Positions 48,520 to 60,001 of a stretch of 64,000 nucleotides of DNA are shown in pieces. The stretch's first letter is position 1, and each line of letters begins with the position of its first letter. The DNA is from Bradymonadales bacterium (GTDB lineage: Bacteria > Myxococcota_A > Bradymonadia > JAFGEP01): NCBI GenBank assembly GCA_016931535.1, contig JAFGEP010000096.1, forward strand, positions 104,091 to 168,090, read 5' to 3'. A program made the position numbers and the translations under genes. The notes below the pieces were generated by a model, which was given only the letters and a program-made list of their open reading frames with translations, did no database searches and had not been told where the DNA came from.

Positions 48520-49239
48520 TCAGGGCGCGGCGGTTTCGGTTGATGCCGGTTCCTGCTCGGCGGGTTGAGCCGCTTCAGGCTGGTCGTCAGCGGGAGGTTC
48601 CTGCTCGGCGGGTTGAGCCGCTTCAGGCTGGTCGTCAGCGGGAGCTGGCTCCTCGGTGGGGGTCGGCTGGGCGGGAGGTTCCTGCTCGGCGGGTTGAGCC
48701 GCTTCAGGCTGGTCGCCAGCGGGAGGTGTCACCGCCGGTTGTTCGGGCAGCGCCTCTTGTGGGGTGTCCGCAGGTTCCGGCTCGACCGGCTCGCCCTCTG
48801 TGGCCGGTGGAATGATCGGGATCTCAGGTTCGGTGGACGGTTCGACTGGAGGTTGTGGTGGTGTGGGGATCTCCAGCTCGAAGGGCTGAGAGGTCGAACC
48901 TTCGAGGTCGATCGGGATTTCTCCGGGCTCTCCGGGGGTTCCCAGGGTTTGTCCGATGGCGCCCGAGACCTCGTTGGGATCGACGTAGCCGCCGCCGACA
49001 CGGCTGGCGGGGTTGCTGGAGATGAAGGCGAGGATGAGGGAGAGCACCATGAACATGAAGGCCGATCCGACCGTGAGCTTGGAGAGGAAGGTGGCTGCGC
49101 CCCGAGCGCCGAAGACGGAGTCGGAGCCGCCTCCTCCGAAGACGGCGCCCATGCCGTCACCTTTCCCCGCTTGCAGGAGGACGACCATGATGAGAAACAG
49201 GCAGTTGAGGACGAACAGTACGTACAGCGCGGCAACCAT
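48520..49239 (-). CDS. secG: Preprotein translocase subunit SecG with a long Pro/Glu-rich tandem-repeat C-terminal extension
   Basis: SecG core MVAALYVLFVLNCLFLIMVVLLQAGKGDGMGAVFGGGGSDSVFGARGAATFLSKLT + second TM. ATG confirmed at 49239. The ~150-aa tail contains three 16-aa (48-nt) repeats of PADDQPEAAQPAEQEP. Confidence 0.8.
   Translation of the reverse strand: MVAALYVLFVLNCLFLIMVVLLQAGKGDGMGAVFGGGGSDSVFGARGAATFLSKLTVGSAFMFMVLSLILAFISSNPASRVGGGYVDPNEVSGAIGQTLGTPGEPGEIPIDLEGSTSQPFELEIPTPPQPPVEPSTEPEIPIIPPATEGEPVEPEPADTPQEALPEQPAVTPPAGDQPEAAQPAEQEPPAQPTPTEEPAPADDQPEAAQPAEQEPPADDQPEAAQPAEQEPASTETAAP
48549..48725. repeat. Three copies of a 48-nt direct repeat, two adjacent and one after a 33-nt spacer, inside the secG 3' region
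   Basis: gttcctgctcggcgggttgagccgcttcaggctggtcgtcagcgggag occurs at 48549, 48597 and 48678. It encodes the repeated PADDQPEAAQPAEQEP motif. Confidence 0.85.
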
Positions 49240-49479
49240 GACCCATGCCCTTCGAGGGTTCGCTTCGCTGCCTTGCCGGACGGCATCCCAGATGGTTTTG
49301 GACGACCGTGGCAGCGGGAGGCGAACTATACCGGCCAAGGTAGAGAGACGCAATTGTTTTATGGGGGGAGTCGGTGGCGCCGGGTGGCGGCAGGACCGAG
49401 GGATCGCCGCCGCTCCACGAGCGCCGGCCATTGGTCGGTGGGTGGTTTGAGATGCCGGGGGGTGATGGGGTACAGAGGG

Positions 49480-50754
49480 CTAAGCCCCCTGGGGGCCGAC
49501 CAGCTTATCGGTCTTCATCCGGTCTACCAGGGCGGTGGGGATGGTGAGGGAGCCATCGGCGTTCTGGTAGTTCTCCAGGATGGCGACGATGGTTCTCCCG
49601 ATGGCCAGCCCGGAGCCGTTCAGCGTATGCAAGTGCTGAGGTTTCCCGTCTGGGGAGCGGTAGCGGATGTTGGCTCGACGGGCCTGGAAGGCCTCGAAGT
49701 TGCTGCAGCTGGAGATCTCGCGGTAGCAGTTCTGGCTTGGGATCCAGACCTCGAGGTCGTAGCACTTGGCGGCGGAGAATCCGAGGTCTCCGCTGCACAG
49801 GCTCACCACCCGATAGGGGAGGCCCAAAAGCTGGAGCACCCGCTCGGCGTCTGCCACCAGGGATTCCAGCTCCTGGTAGCTGGTATCGGGGTGGCTGAAC
49901 TTGACCAGCTCGACCTTCTCGAACTGGTGCTGCCGGATGAGCCCGCGGGTGTCGATCCCGTAGCTTCCCGCTTCCTTCCGGAAGCAGGGGGAGTAGGCCA
50001 CGTACTTGATGGGAAGCCGCTCTTCGTCCAGGATCTCGTCGCGGTGGTAGTTGGTGACCGGGACCTCGGCGGTGGGCACCAGGAAATAGGAGTCAACCTG
50101 GAAGCTGTCCTCGCGGAACTTGGGCAGCTGGCCGGTTCCCATCATCGAGGCCTCGTTCACCAGGAAGGGGGGCAAAATCTCCAGGTAGCCGTGTTGCTTG
50201 GTGTGCAACTCCAGCATGAAGTCGACCAGCACGTGGCTGAGTCGAGCCAGCGCCCCTTTCAGGAACGCGAAGCGGGCTCCGGTGACCTTGCCGGCGCGAT
50301 CCATGTCGAGCAACCCCAGGAGTTCTCCCACGTCAACGTGATCTCGAGGGGGGAAGTCGAACTGGCGCGGAGCGCCCCACACCCGGATGACGGCGTTGTC
50401 GGACGAGTCCCGTCCCTGGGGAACGGACTGGTGGACCAGGTTGGGGATGTACAGCAGCCGTTGCTGCAGGGTATCCACCACCTCCTTGCGCTGGTCGTCC
50501 AGCAACTTGGCGCGCGTGGATAGCTCCCTGAGCTGGTTCCTGAGCTCCAGGAACTCCGGGCTCGACTTGTCGATCGCCTTGATCCGTTCCTGGTCCTGTC
50601 GCTGTTCGAAGCGAGCCGCTTCGGCCTGGAAGATGAGATTTCTGCGGGTTTCCAGCAGGACGGCCAGCTCTTCGAAGTCGATCTCGACATGGCGGAGAGC
50701 GGTCCGTTGCCTAACCTCATCAAAGTGTTCTGTCAGGTAGTGTAGATCTAGCAT
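49480..50754 (-). CDS. serS: Seryl-tRNA synthetase
   Basis: [14 protein letters not shown] aligns with E. coli MLDPNLLRNEPDAV. Class II motifs include [25 protein letters not shown] and [15 protein letters not shown] confirmed at 50754. Confidence 0.92.
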   Translation of the reverse strand: MLDLHYLTEHFDEVRQRTALRHVEIDFEELAVLLETRRNLIFQAEAARFEQRQDQERIKAIDKSSPEFLELRNQLRELSTRAKLLDDQRKEVVDTLQQRLLYIPNLVHQSVPQGRDSSDNAVIRVWGAPRQFDFPPRDHVDVGELLGLLDMDRAGKVTGARFAFLKGALARLSHVLVDFMLELHTKQHGYLEILPPFLVNEASMMGTGQLPKFREDSFQVDSYFLVPTAEVPVTNYHRDEILDEERLPIKYVAYSPCFRKEAGSYGIDTRGLIRQHQFEKVELVKFSHPDTSYQELESLVADAERVLQLLGLPYRVVSLCSGDLGFSAAKCYDLEVWIPSQNCYREISSCSNFEAFQARRANIRYRSPDGKPQHLHTLNGSGLAIGRTIVAILENYQNADGSLTIPTALVDRMKTDKLVGPQGA

Positions 50755-50764
50755 GGTGTGTGTA

Positions 50765-50848
50765 TGCGAGAGGGGGGACTCGAACCCCCACAGCCTTGCG
50801 GCCACAAGATCCTTAGTCTTGCGTGTCTGCCAGTTCCACCACTCTCGC
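50765..50848 (-). tRNA. Type-II (long variable arm) tRNA, Leu-like, anticodon loop CUAAGGA reading AAG
   Basis: Reverse complement: GCGAGAG-UG-GUGGAACUGGCAGACACG-CAAGA-CUAAGGA-UCUUG-UGGCCGCAAGGCUGU-GGGGG-UUCGAGU-CCCCC-CUCUCGC-A. Architecture is near-identical to E. coli tRNA-Leu. 84 nt, no encoded CCA. Confidence 0.8.
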
Positions 50849-50931
50849 ACCCCTTCCTGCAGCGCCCATTACCACAAATGAAGACCGGCGGTCAACGGCG
50901 GTTTTTCCCCGGCCTGCGGATCGATCCGCGA

Positions 50932-51690
50932 TCAGGACCAGGCAGCCTGGATGATGGCGAGGAAGCTTTCTGCCGAGAGACTGGCACCGCCGACCAGGCA
51001 GCCGTCAATGTCGGGTTGGGCCAGCAGTTGGGCGGCGTTCTGCGGCTTGACGCTGCCGCCATACTGGATGCGCACGGTACCAGCCAGCTCGGGGGAGTAG
51101 TGTTGGGTCAAGTAGGCGCGGATGAAGGCGTGAACCTCCTGCGCTTGCTCTTCGGTGGCCGTCTTCCCGGTCCCGATGGCCCAGATCGGCTCGTAGGCCA
51201 GCACCAGGCGCTCGACCTCGGAAGCGGTCAGGCCCTCCAGACCGCCCTCCAGCTGTTGCGCCACCCTCGTCATGGTCTGTCCGGCCTCCCGTTCCTCCAG
51301 GCTCTCCCCAAAGCACAGGATCGGGGTGAGATCGGCGTGGAGGGCCGCCCGGATCTTCCGGTTGACGGTCTGGTCGGTCTCCAAGAAGTGCTGGCGCCGT
51401 TCCGAGTGGCCGACGATCACGTAGCGGCAACCGACGGCCCGCAACATGGGGGCGGAGATCTCGCCGGTGAACGGTCCCGACTCCTCCCAGTGGAGGTTCT
51501 GGGCGGCCAGCGCGATGGGATGGCCGGCCAACCGTTCGGCGAGCTGCGCCAGGTGGGTGAAGGGGGGGGCGACGACCACGTCGGCGGCCGGGGGGTCGGG
51601 AAGCCCGGCGCACAGCTGATCGACCAGGACGAAGGCCTGGGCGGGGGTGGTGAACATCTTCCAGTTTCCGGCGATGATCGGTCTACGCAT
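50932..51690 (-). CDS. tpiA: Triosephosphate isomerase
   Basis: [12 protein letters not shown], active-site [10 protein letters not shown] and [14 protein letters not shown]. Confidence 0.92.
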   Translation of the reverse strand: MRRPIIAGNWKMFTTPAQAFVLVDQLCAGLPDPPAADVVVAPPFTHLAQLAERLAGHPIALAAQNLHWEESGPFTGEISAPMLRAVGCRYVIVGHSERRQHFLETDQTVNRKIRAALHADLTPILCFGESLEEREAGQTMTRVAQQLEGGLEGLTASEVERLVLAYEPIWAIGTGKTATEEQAQEVHAFIRAYLTQHYSPELAGTVRIQYGGSVKPQNAAQLLAQPDIDGCLVGGASLSAESFLAIIQAAWS

Positions 51691-51828
51691 GGTCTACTCC
51701 GGTTGCCTCTCCGCCGAAGCGGGATTGATCGGCGCTGGCCTTTCGGGTCGAGTTGTTGGCGGGAATCAGCACAGAAGTCTTCGTGTTGGAAAGCGCCGGT
51801 GAGCGGCGAGTCGGGTTGTTGGCTCGGT

Positions 51829-53028
51829 CTAGAACTGGTGGCCGGCTCGAAGCGCTTCGATACCGGGGAGGGACTTGCCCTCGATGAACTCCAGAGAGGC
51901 GCCGCCTCCGGTCGACACATGGGAGATCCGGTCGGTGAATCCGGCCTTCTTGACGGCGGCGGCCGAGTCGCCGCCTCCCACCACCGACACGGCGGGGGAG
52001 TTGGCGATCGCCTCGGCCATGGCGTGAGTGCCTGCCCTGAAGAGGTCCTTCTCGAACACGCCGAGTGGGCCGTTCCAGAAGATGGTTCCCGCCTGGCCGA
52101 CCTTTTGAGTGAACCGCTCGATGGTCTGAGGCCCCACATCGAATCCGGCCTGGTCGACCGGGATCTCCGCCCCCTCGGTGACCATCACGGTGTCGCTTTC
52201 CAGGGAGGGGGCCACCACGTGGTCGGAGGGGAGCAGCAGCTCGGTGCGTCGGCTATCGGCCAGGCTCAAGAGCTCGCGGGCCAGGTCCAGCTTGTCGGTC
52301 TCGACCAGGCTCTTTCCGACCTCGATCCCCTTGGCTTTCAGCAGGGTGTAGGCCATGGCGCCGCCGATGAGGAGGGCGTCGCATCGTTCGATCAGGGAGC
52401 GGATGACGCCGATCTTGTCCGAGACCTTGGCACCGCCCAGCACCGCCAGGAAAGGCCGTTGGGGGTTGGCAAGGAGACGGCCCAAGAACTCCAGCTCTCG
52501 CTGTACCAGGAGGCCGGCGCCTTTGTCCTGGAAGTGCTGCACCATGGTGTACATGGAGGCATCGGCTCGATGGCAGGTGCCGAAGGCGTCGTTCACGTAC
52601 ACCTGGAAGGGCTGGGCGAGCAGCCTGGCGAAATCGGGGTCGCCTTTCTTTTCTGCGGGGTGGAACCGCAGGTTCTCCAGGACGGCCACCGAGCCGGCGG
52701 GCAGGTCTTTGACCAGCCGCATGACCCCCTCCCCCACGCAATCGTCGGCGAAGCGGATCTCGTCATCCAGCAGCTCGGCCAGGCGGGTTGCGCAGGGCTC
52801 CAGCGAGAAGGCGGGATCCGCCCCCCCCTTGGGCCGCCCCAGGTGACTGGCCAGAACCAGGCGGGCACCGGCCTGACGCAAGGCGAGAATGGTAGGCAGG
52901 GCCCCCTGGATGCGGGCATCGTCCCGAACCCGCTTCCCATCGAGGGGGACATTGAAATCGACCCGACAGAACACCGGCCGGTTTTCCACCGCCAGCTCGT
53001 CCAGAAATCGGATGCCGGTCAACTCCAT
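51829..53028 (-). CDS. pgk: Phosphoglycerate kinase
   Basis: RVDFNVPLD...[10 protein letters not shown] at the N-terminus, C-terminal [12 protein letters not shown] at 53028 overlaps the gap stop (TAATG). Confidence 0.92.
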   Translation of the reverse strand: MELTGIRFLDELAVENRPVFCRVDFNVPLDGKRVRDDARIQGALPTILALRQAGARLVLASHLGRPKGGADPAFSLEPCATRLAELLDDEIRFADDCVGEGVMRLVKDLPAGSVAVLENLRFHPAEKKGDPDFARLLAQPFQVYVNDAFGTCHRADASMYTMVQHFQDKGAGLLVQRELEFLGRLLANPQRPFLAVLGGAKVSDKIGVIRSLIERCDALLIGGAMAYTLLKAKGIEVGKSLVETDKLDLARELLSLADSRRTELLLPSDHVVAPSLESDTVMVTEGAEIPVDQAGFDVGPQTIERFTQKVGQAGTIFWNGPLGVFEKDLFRAGTHAMAEAIANSPAVSVVGGGDSAAAVKKAGFTDRISHVSTGGGASLEFIEGKSLPGIEALRAGHQF

Positions 53029-54035
53029 TACAGTCGCTCCCCGACATACTGGGCGAGATCGAGCAGGCGCAGGCTGTAGCCCCACTCGTTGTCGTACCAG
53101 CCGAACACCTTGGCCATCCGGTCTCCCAGGGCCATGGTCAACAGCGAGTCGAAGACGCAGGAGTGCGAGTTACCGATGATGTCCACGCTGACCAGCGGGT
53201 CGGTGGCGAACTCGAGGATGCCGGCGAGCGGCCCGGCGGCGGCCTCTTTCACGGCGGCGTTGATGGCCTCCTTGGAGACGGGCCGCTCGGTGTTGATGAC
53301 CAGGTCAACCAGGCTGCCGTTGGGGGTGGGGACGCGGATGGCGATCCCGTCGAGCTTGCCCTTGAGGTCGGGCAACACCAGCCCAACCGCCTTGGCGGCT
53401 CCGGTGGTGGTGGGGATCTGCGACACGGCTCCGGAGCGGGCGCGCCGGTAGTCCTTGTGGATCCCATCGAGCATCACCTGGTCGTTGGTGTAGCTGTGGA
53501 TGGTGGTCATGAAGCCGCTGGCGATGCCAAAGGCCTCGTGAAGGACCTTGGTCATGGGGGCCACGCAGTTGGTGGTGCAGGAGGCGTTGGAGACGATGTG
53601 GTGGCGAGCCGGGTCGTAGGCGTGCTGGTTGACACCCATGACAAAGGTGCCATCCACGGCGCCCTTGGCAGGGGCGCTCAGGATGACTTTCTTGGCGCCC
53701 CCCTGGATGTGGGCGATGGCCTTGTCCTGGCTCAGGAATCGACCGGTGCATTCGAGCACGACATCGACCTTCAGGTCGCTCCAGGGCAAACGTGCCGGGT
53801 CCCTCTCGGCCAGGACCTGGATCCGATGTCCGTTCACGACCAGGTTGGACCCGTCGGTTTCCACCGTCCCACCGAACTTCTTGTGGATCGAGTCGTATCG
53901 GAGGAGGTGGGCCAGCGCCTCCACGTCGGAGAGATCATTGACCGCCACGAACTCGAAGTTGGGGTTGGCGATCCCACCGCGAATGACACAACGCCCGATC
54001 CGTCCGAACCCATTGATACCGATGCGAATACCCAT
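53028..54035 (-). CDS. gap: Glyceraldehyde-3-phosphate dehydrogenase
   Basis: NGFGRIGR Rossmann start, active site SNASCTTNC, C-terminal WYDNEWGYS. Confidence 0.92.
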   Translation of the reverse strand: MGIRIGINGFGRIGRCVIRGGIANPNFEFVAVNDLSDVEALAHLLRYDSIHKKFGGTVETDGSNLVVNGHRIQVLAERDPARLPWSDLKVDVVLECTGRFLSQDKAIAHIQGGAKKVILSAPAKGAVDGTFVMGVNQHAYDPARHHIVSNASCTTNCVAPMTKVLHEAFGIASGFMTTIHSYTNDQVMLDGIHKDYRRARSGAVSQIPTTTGAAKAVGLVLPDLKGKLDGIAIRVPTPNGSLVDLVINTERPVSKEAINAAVKEAAAGPLAGILEFATDPLVSVDIIGNSHSCVFDSLLTMALGDRMAKVFGWYDNEWGYSLRLLDLAQYVGERL

Positions 54036-54194
54036 AATGTTCCTCTAGGTGATAAAAATCGTCCCATTTCAACACGACGGGCCTTTATACGGTGGCTGCC
54101 ATCAGGATGCAAGAAGGCATCCAAAGGGGTCGGAAACACTCGACCGGCTTGGTGAGCGCCACGGCACTACCTGGTGGCGAGCGCGGGTGCCCTG

Positions 54195-54931
54195 TCAGTT
54201 GAGCCACCGACCCTCAGAGGGGGATTCGTCCCGAGAGATCACACGAAAACGCCGGCGGAACAGGCGGCGCTTGAATCGAAGCCACCAGAGCTTCCAGGCC
54301 GGCGGGTTCCATCGAAGCAGTAGAAGCGCAGTGAGCATGCCACCCCAGTGGGCCTGAACCGCGATGGCCTCGCCGGAAAGCAAGCGGATCAGATCGATCA
54401 CCAGGAAGGCGATGAGGAGGCTGCGACCGCTCAGGCGGAAAAAGAAAAAGAACAGGGTCTGGCGCCAGTACATCAGGCAGTAGCCCATCACGACACCCGC
54501 GATGGCTCCCGAGGCGCCGATGGCAATGCCCAGCGGATGGCCGAACAGCCAGTAGGCCAACAGGGCCGAGACCAGGTACAACAGGCCACCGCCCAGGCCA
54601 TAGGCCACAAAGTGGCGAAGAAAGCGGGCCGTGCCCAGCATCTGCTCGATGGTAGGGCCGAAGAAGTAGAGCACGATCAGGTTGAAGCCCAGATGGAAGA
54701 TCTGGTCGGGATCGTGGATCCACATGTACGAGATCGGTTGCCAGAGCCTGACCCGAGCGATCCCGTCGAGGGAGAGACCGACCCATCGAATGATGCCGTC
54801 CATGCGGGCCTGGTTGAAGCCGAGGGCGTAGGCTACGGCCAGCTCGACCAGGAAGATGGCCAGATTGACGGCTAGCAACAGCTTCACCCCCCGTCTAAGC
54901 GGGGGGCGGTAGGAGAGGGGTCGACCGGAAC

Positions 54932-54935
<4 letters not shown>
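54195..54935 (-). CDS. Rhomboid-family intramembrane serine protease
   Basis: Six TM helices, catalytic GASGAIAG motif and a downstream His in a TM segment. Start overlaps the upstream regulator stop (ATGA). Confidence 0.75.
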
Positions 54936-56290
<1,355 letters not shown>

Positions 56291-56448
56291 AGATCGGCTC
56301 GCGGATGCCTTGGCGCCAAGGCTAGATTGTCGTCTGCTCGAGGCTCGGGATCAAGAGGTGTTCATTTCCGCTCGCAACGGCCACCGGCTCGCTCACCCTT
56401 ACCCTCCCGCTCCCGCTCCCCATCAGGAACATCGTTTGCATCGCAGGC

Positions 56449-57390
56449 TCAGAAGCGGACCACTTCGATGGTTTCCCGGAGCGATTTTTGGGGACGGTAG
56501 TTGAGAACCTCGCGGGCTCGGCGGTCGTCCACCATGCAGACATACTTGAGGAAATCGAGCTCGGCGGGGGTCAGCGCGCTGACCCGGAGATTCCAGAGGA
56601 GCTTGACGAGGGGTTTGGCGATCAGCTCGGGAATGGGGATCTTGGTTCGGCCGAGCTGTTTGTGAAGCACGGAGAGGGCGATGGCGCCTGGCCCGGCGAT
56701 GTTGAAGACGCCTCGGACACCGGGTTTCAGGCTGAGCACGATGGCTTCGATGAGGTCTTCGACGTGGATGACCTGCATCATGGGATCGAAGCCCAGGATG
56801 GTGGGCGGGTTCTTGAGACGCAGGTAGTTGGAGGGGGCGTTGCTGAGGTGTCCGAGGATGTTGACCGGCCGGAGGATGACCGTGTCGATCTCCGGATGCC
56901 GCCAGAAGAAGGAGTTGGTATAGATGTCGACCTCGATCAGGTCGCGGATGCCGGAGAAGGTGGAGGCGCCCAGCAGGGGGGCTTCCTCGTTGAGGAACTG
57001 GTTGTTGTTGGGGCTAGCGCCGTAGACGTTGGCGCTGGAGAGGAGGACGAACTTGGGGACATTGTGCTTGGCGCAGTAGTCGAGCAGCTTGTGGGTGCCG
57101 ACCACGTTGAAGGAGTGATGCTCTTCGGCGTCCTTGCGGAGGTCGTGGACGATGTTGAGGTGGATCACCGCGCCGATGCCCCCTTTACGGAAGATGTCCT
57201 CGCAGGCTTTGCGCCGGATATCCATCTGGTAGACGGTGACGTTTTTGGGGAGGTAGCGGGATCCGCGGCGATCGATGCCGATGATCTCGTACTCCTTGTG
57301 CAGCCTGCGGGCAAGCAGGCGACCCATGCGGCCGCTGATTCCGGTGATCACGAGCTTCTGCTTGGCAGGGGGACGGCGCCTTGGTTTCAT
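56449..57390 (-). CDS. NAD-dependent epimerase/dehydratase-family (SDR) protein
   Basis: N-terminal VITGISGRMG (GxxGxxG), YxxxK region and Rossmann fold. Confidence 0.7.
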   Translation of the reverse strand: MKPRRRPPAKQKLVITGISGRMGRLLARRLHKEYEIIGIDRRGSRYLPKNVTVYQMDIRRKACEDIFRKGGIGAVIHLNIVHDLRKDAEEHHSFNVVGTHKLLDYCAKHNVPKFVLLSSANVYGASPNNNQFLNEEAPLLGASTFSGIRDLIEVDIYTNSFFWRHPEIDTVILRPVNILGHLSNAPSNYLRLKNPPTILGFDPMMQVIHVEDLIEAIVLSLKPGVRGVFNIAGPGAIALSVLHKQLGRTKIPIPELIAKPLVKLLWNLRVSALTPAELDFLKYVCMVDDRRAREVLNYRPQKSLRETIEVVRF

Positions 57391-57409
57391 GGTGAGCCTC
57401 ACCAACAGT

Positions 57410-58285
57410 CTACCAGAAGATGGCCCGCCGTTTCTCGAGCCCCTGGTTGACCAGATCCTGAACGGCCTGCCGTACGATCTCCACCTTTTCCTTCAGCACC
57501 CGATCCTCATCATCCGGGTCTCCCTCGAATCGCATGGGGGTGCCGTAGTGGAGACGGTAGCGGACCGGATACGGGAAGAGGCCGGCCAGACCCAGCCAGG
57601 GAAAGGTCGGGGTGATGGGGAACGAGGGGGCTCCGACCAACCGGGCCAGCTTTCTGGCGTTCACAAAGGAAGGGGCCTGCTCCTCGGCACCGATCACGGC
57701 CAGCGGCACAATCGGGGTGCCGGTTTCCAGCGCCAGCCGCATGAAACCCAGGCCGAACTCCTCCAGCTGGTAACGCCGGTCAAAGGTCTTGGAGATGCCG
57801 CGAACCCCTTCCGGAAAGACCAGGATCCCTTCGCCTCGGGAGAGCAGCAGCACACAGTTCTCCGGGGTGCCCACCACCTGGCCGCAACGGGCCAGAAAGA
57901 AGCTGACGAAGGGGAGATCCGGAACCCACTTCTCCACCATGGAGCGCAGCAGCCGAGGCGGGGTCCGGCTCAGGATGGCGGATCCCACGATCACAAACCC
58001 GTCGAGGGGGATCTGGCCGGAATGGTTGGCGACCACCAGGACCGGTCCATCGGAGAGGTTCTCGATGCCGAAGACCTGAGTCCGGAAGTAAGAACGGTAC
58101 AGCCACTGCCCGAAGGGGATCACGTACTTCAGAAAGCCGGGCTGGAAACCAAAGGGGTCGAAGCCGAACTCATCCTGCTGGCGGTCCAGCTGCTCGATCC
58201 AGGCCAACACCTGGTCGTCGATGGCCTGGGAGGCCAGCTGCTCCATGAGCTCGGAGAACCGTTCCAGGATGACGGTCTTGTCCAT
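57410..58285 (-). CDS. Lysophospholipid/glycerolipid acyltransferase (PlsC/AGPAT family)
   Basis: Acyltransferase motifs ANHSGQIPLDG (HxxxxD variant) and VFPEGVRG. Confidence 0.75.
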   Translation of the reverse strand: MDKTVILERFSELMEQLASQAIDDQVLAWIEQLDRQQDEFGFDPFGFQPGFLKYVIPFGQWLYRSYFRTQVFGIENLSDGPVLVVANHSGQIPLDGFVIVGSAILSRTPPRLLRSMVEKWVPDLPFVSFFLARCGQVVGTPENCVLLLSRGEGILVFPEGVRGISKTFDRRYQLEEFGLGFMRLALETGTPIVPLAVIGAEEQAPSFVNARKLARLVGAPSFPITPTFPWLGLAGLFPYPVRYRLHYGTPMRFEGDPDDEDRVLKEKVEIVRQAVQDLVNQGLEKRRAIFW

Positions 58286-58637
58286 GAGCCTTCTCTCTCG
58301 TCACGCCGTTGCCCCATCAGAGGGCGATCGGGCTTGCTCTTCCCCGGTTTCTTCGTTTTCCCTCTTCCCCGGGAGCGTTGGCGGGTTCCCCCGATTCCTG
58401 CCGCATCGCCCGCCGGGGACGCGGTTTTCGAGGGTCACGTCAACAGGCGCCCCACCCCTCGCCAGGGAAGCGCTGGAATTCGGTTGCCATTCCCGGATCG
58501 ATTGTCGCTGCAACCTGCGACGGGGTCAACGGGCAGGTGTCCACCAAGAGGGTCCCGTCCAAGCGGCCCCTTGCGCCGTCGGACAAACCGGTTAAAGTGA
58601 CGGTACGGGAATCTTGCGGTCCGACCCTCCTGGAGTA

Positions 58638-59393
58638 ATGACCATGAGTGTAATCGAACGGCTCAACCGCCTGGTGCGCGCCAATCTCAATGACTTCATC
58701 TCTCGCGGTGCCGGGAGGGGTGCGCTGATGGAGGTGAAGAGGAGCCTTTCCGAGGCCAGGGCGCAGCTGATCGAGTGTCGAGCGACCGAGAAACGGCTGG
58801 CCCAGGAGTACGAGGGGTATCTCGACGAGGCGCTGTCATGGGAGGAGAGGGCGATGCTGGCTCTGCGGGCGGGCGACGAGCCTCTGGCCCGCAAGGCGCT
58901 CCAACGTAAGTACCAGGTGGAAAAACAAGCTCGTGAGGTGAAGCGGCAGCTGGACGACCAACGGGCCTACATGGTGGACCTGTCGCGCTCACTGGATGCC
59001 ATCGAGGTCAAGCTGGAGGCCGTCCGGGAGCACTCCAGGGTATCCCGCGGACAGGAGGGAAGAGTCGGCGAGGTTGGGCGGGGCGTCCCCCCCGTTGGAC
59101 CCCGGAGCATCGAGCCCCAACGTCTGGCCGATCTGGAAGCGGAGGCCGAGCTGGGCAGGCTGGTGACCCCCGAGAGCTTCACCGCCTTCGACGACATGGC
59201 CTCCCGGATATCTCGGGCAGAGGCCGAAACGGAGGCGTTACGGGAGCTCGATTCCTCCCCCACCTCTGGCTGGGAACCTACCGACGCCATCGATGCCCGG
59301 TTCAGGGAGCTCGAGATCAAGCGGGACATGGATCGGCTGGCCGGCAGGGGAGATGCGCTGAGCGATCTGCGCCGGCTGCTCGATGAAGAGTGA
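58638..59393 (+). CDS. PspA/IM30-family protein (phage-shock protein A-like)
   Basis: N-terminus SVIERLNRLVRANLNDFISRGA aligns with E. coli PspA [22 protein letters not shown]. Coiled-coil throughout. The ATG at 58638 or 58644 is ambiguous. Confidence 0.8.
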   Translation: MTMSVIERLNRLVRANLNDFISRGAGRGALMEVKRSLSEARAQLIECRATEKRLAQEYEGYLDEALSWEERAMLALRAGDEPLARKALQRKYQVEKQAREVKRQLDDQRAYMVDLSRSLDAIEVKLEAVREHSRVSRGQEGRVGEVGRGVPPVGPRSIEPQRLADLEAEAELGRLVTPESFTAFDDMASRISRAEAETEALRELDSSPTSGWEPTDAIDARFRELEIKRDMDRLAGRGDALSDLRRLLDEE

Positions 59394-59444
59394 CGGTCAG
59401 CCCGTCAATCGCCGCAATTTTCGTTGGCAAGCCGACCGGTGAGC

Positions 59445-59996
59445 TCAACCCCTGGGATCGACCGAGGTGTCGGAGCCTGTTGGCTGAAAGGCAAGCGGCC
59501 AATCGCGCGATCCGAGCCGCAACCGGTATCCATCAGGGGCCGGTTCGACCTGACTCATCAAGGCATGGTACGCCGCTCGCAGGAAACGGGCTTCCAGTCG
59601 GCCCTCCTTGATGCGGGCGACCAGTCGGTCGCCGCCATCGTATTGCAGCGAAGCGGGGTCCAGGGGTTCCTCACTCCCGTCGCTCAGATGCAGGGTGATG
59701 CGACCTGCGGGCTGGTCGAGGGAGAGTCGGGTGACGAAGAGGGGGGTATCTTCGACCGCAATGGGGTACACCGAACGTCCGACCGCCAGGACGAAGGTCC
59801 CTGCGGGGGTCCGGTCGATGCTCCGTTGGAAGAGGGCCACGATCCGGGGGTGTGACAGCGGCTCGTCCTGGAACCACCAGCGGCCATGTCGGTCGAGCCG
59901 GATCGGTTCGAGCGCGGTGCCTTGCCGCAAGGCCAGGCGGATCGATTCCGGGATGTCGGGGTCGTCCTGGATCTGTTGCAGCAGGTCTGGATCCAC
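59445..59996 (-). CDS. DUF1285-family hypothetical protein
   Basis: 183-aa ORF, IRLDRHGRWWFQDEPLSHPRIVALF...FVLAVGRSVYPIAVEDTPLFV, consistent with DUF1285. Confidence 0.55.
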   Translation of the reverse strand: MDPDLLQQIQDDPDIPESIRLALRQGTALEPIRLDRHGRWWFQDEPLSHPRIVALFQRSIDRTPAGTFVLAVGRSVYPIAVEDTPLFVTRLSLDQPAGRITLHLSDGSEEPLDPASLQYDGGDRLVARIKEGRLEARFLRAAYHALMSQVEPAPDGYRLRLGSRDWPLAFQPTGSDTSVDPRG

Positions 59997-60001
59997 CGGT
60001 T

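Noticed and set aside
48565-53079. Plus-strand ORFs 48565..50523 (652 aa) and 50758..53079 (773 aa)
   Set aside because: Antisense to secG/serS and to tpiA/pgk respectively. The housekeeping genes on the minus strand are unmistakable.
58286-58637. Sigma-54 (-24/-12) promoter upstream of the PspA-family gene, as in E. coli pspA
   Set aside because: The closest candidate, TGGAATTCGGTTGCC, has GG-to-GC spacing one nucleotide short of consensus. No convincing TGGCAC-N5-TTGC was found. Left unannotated.
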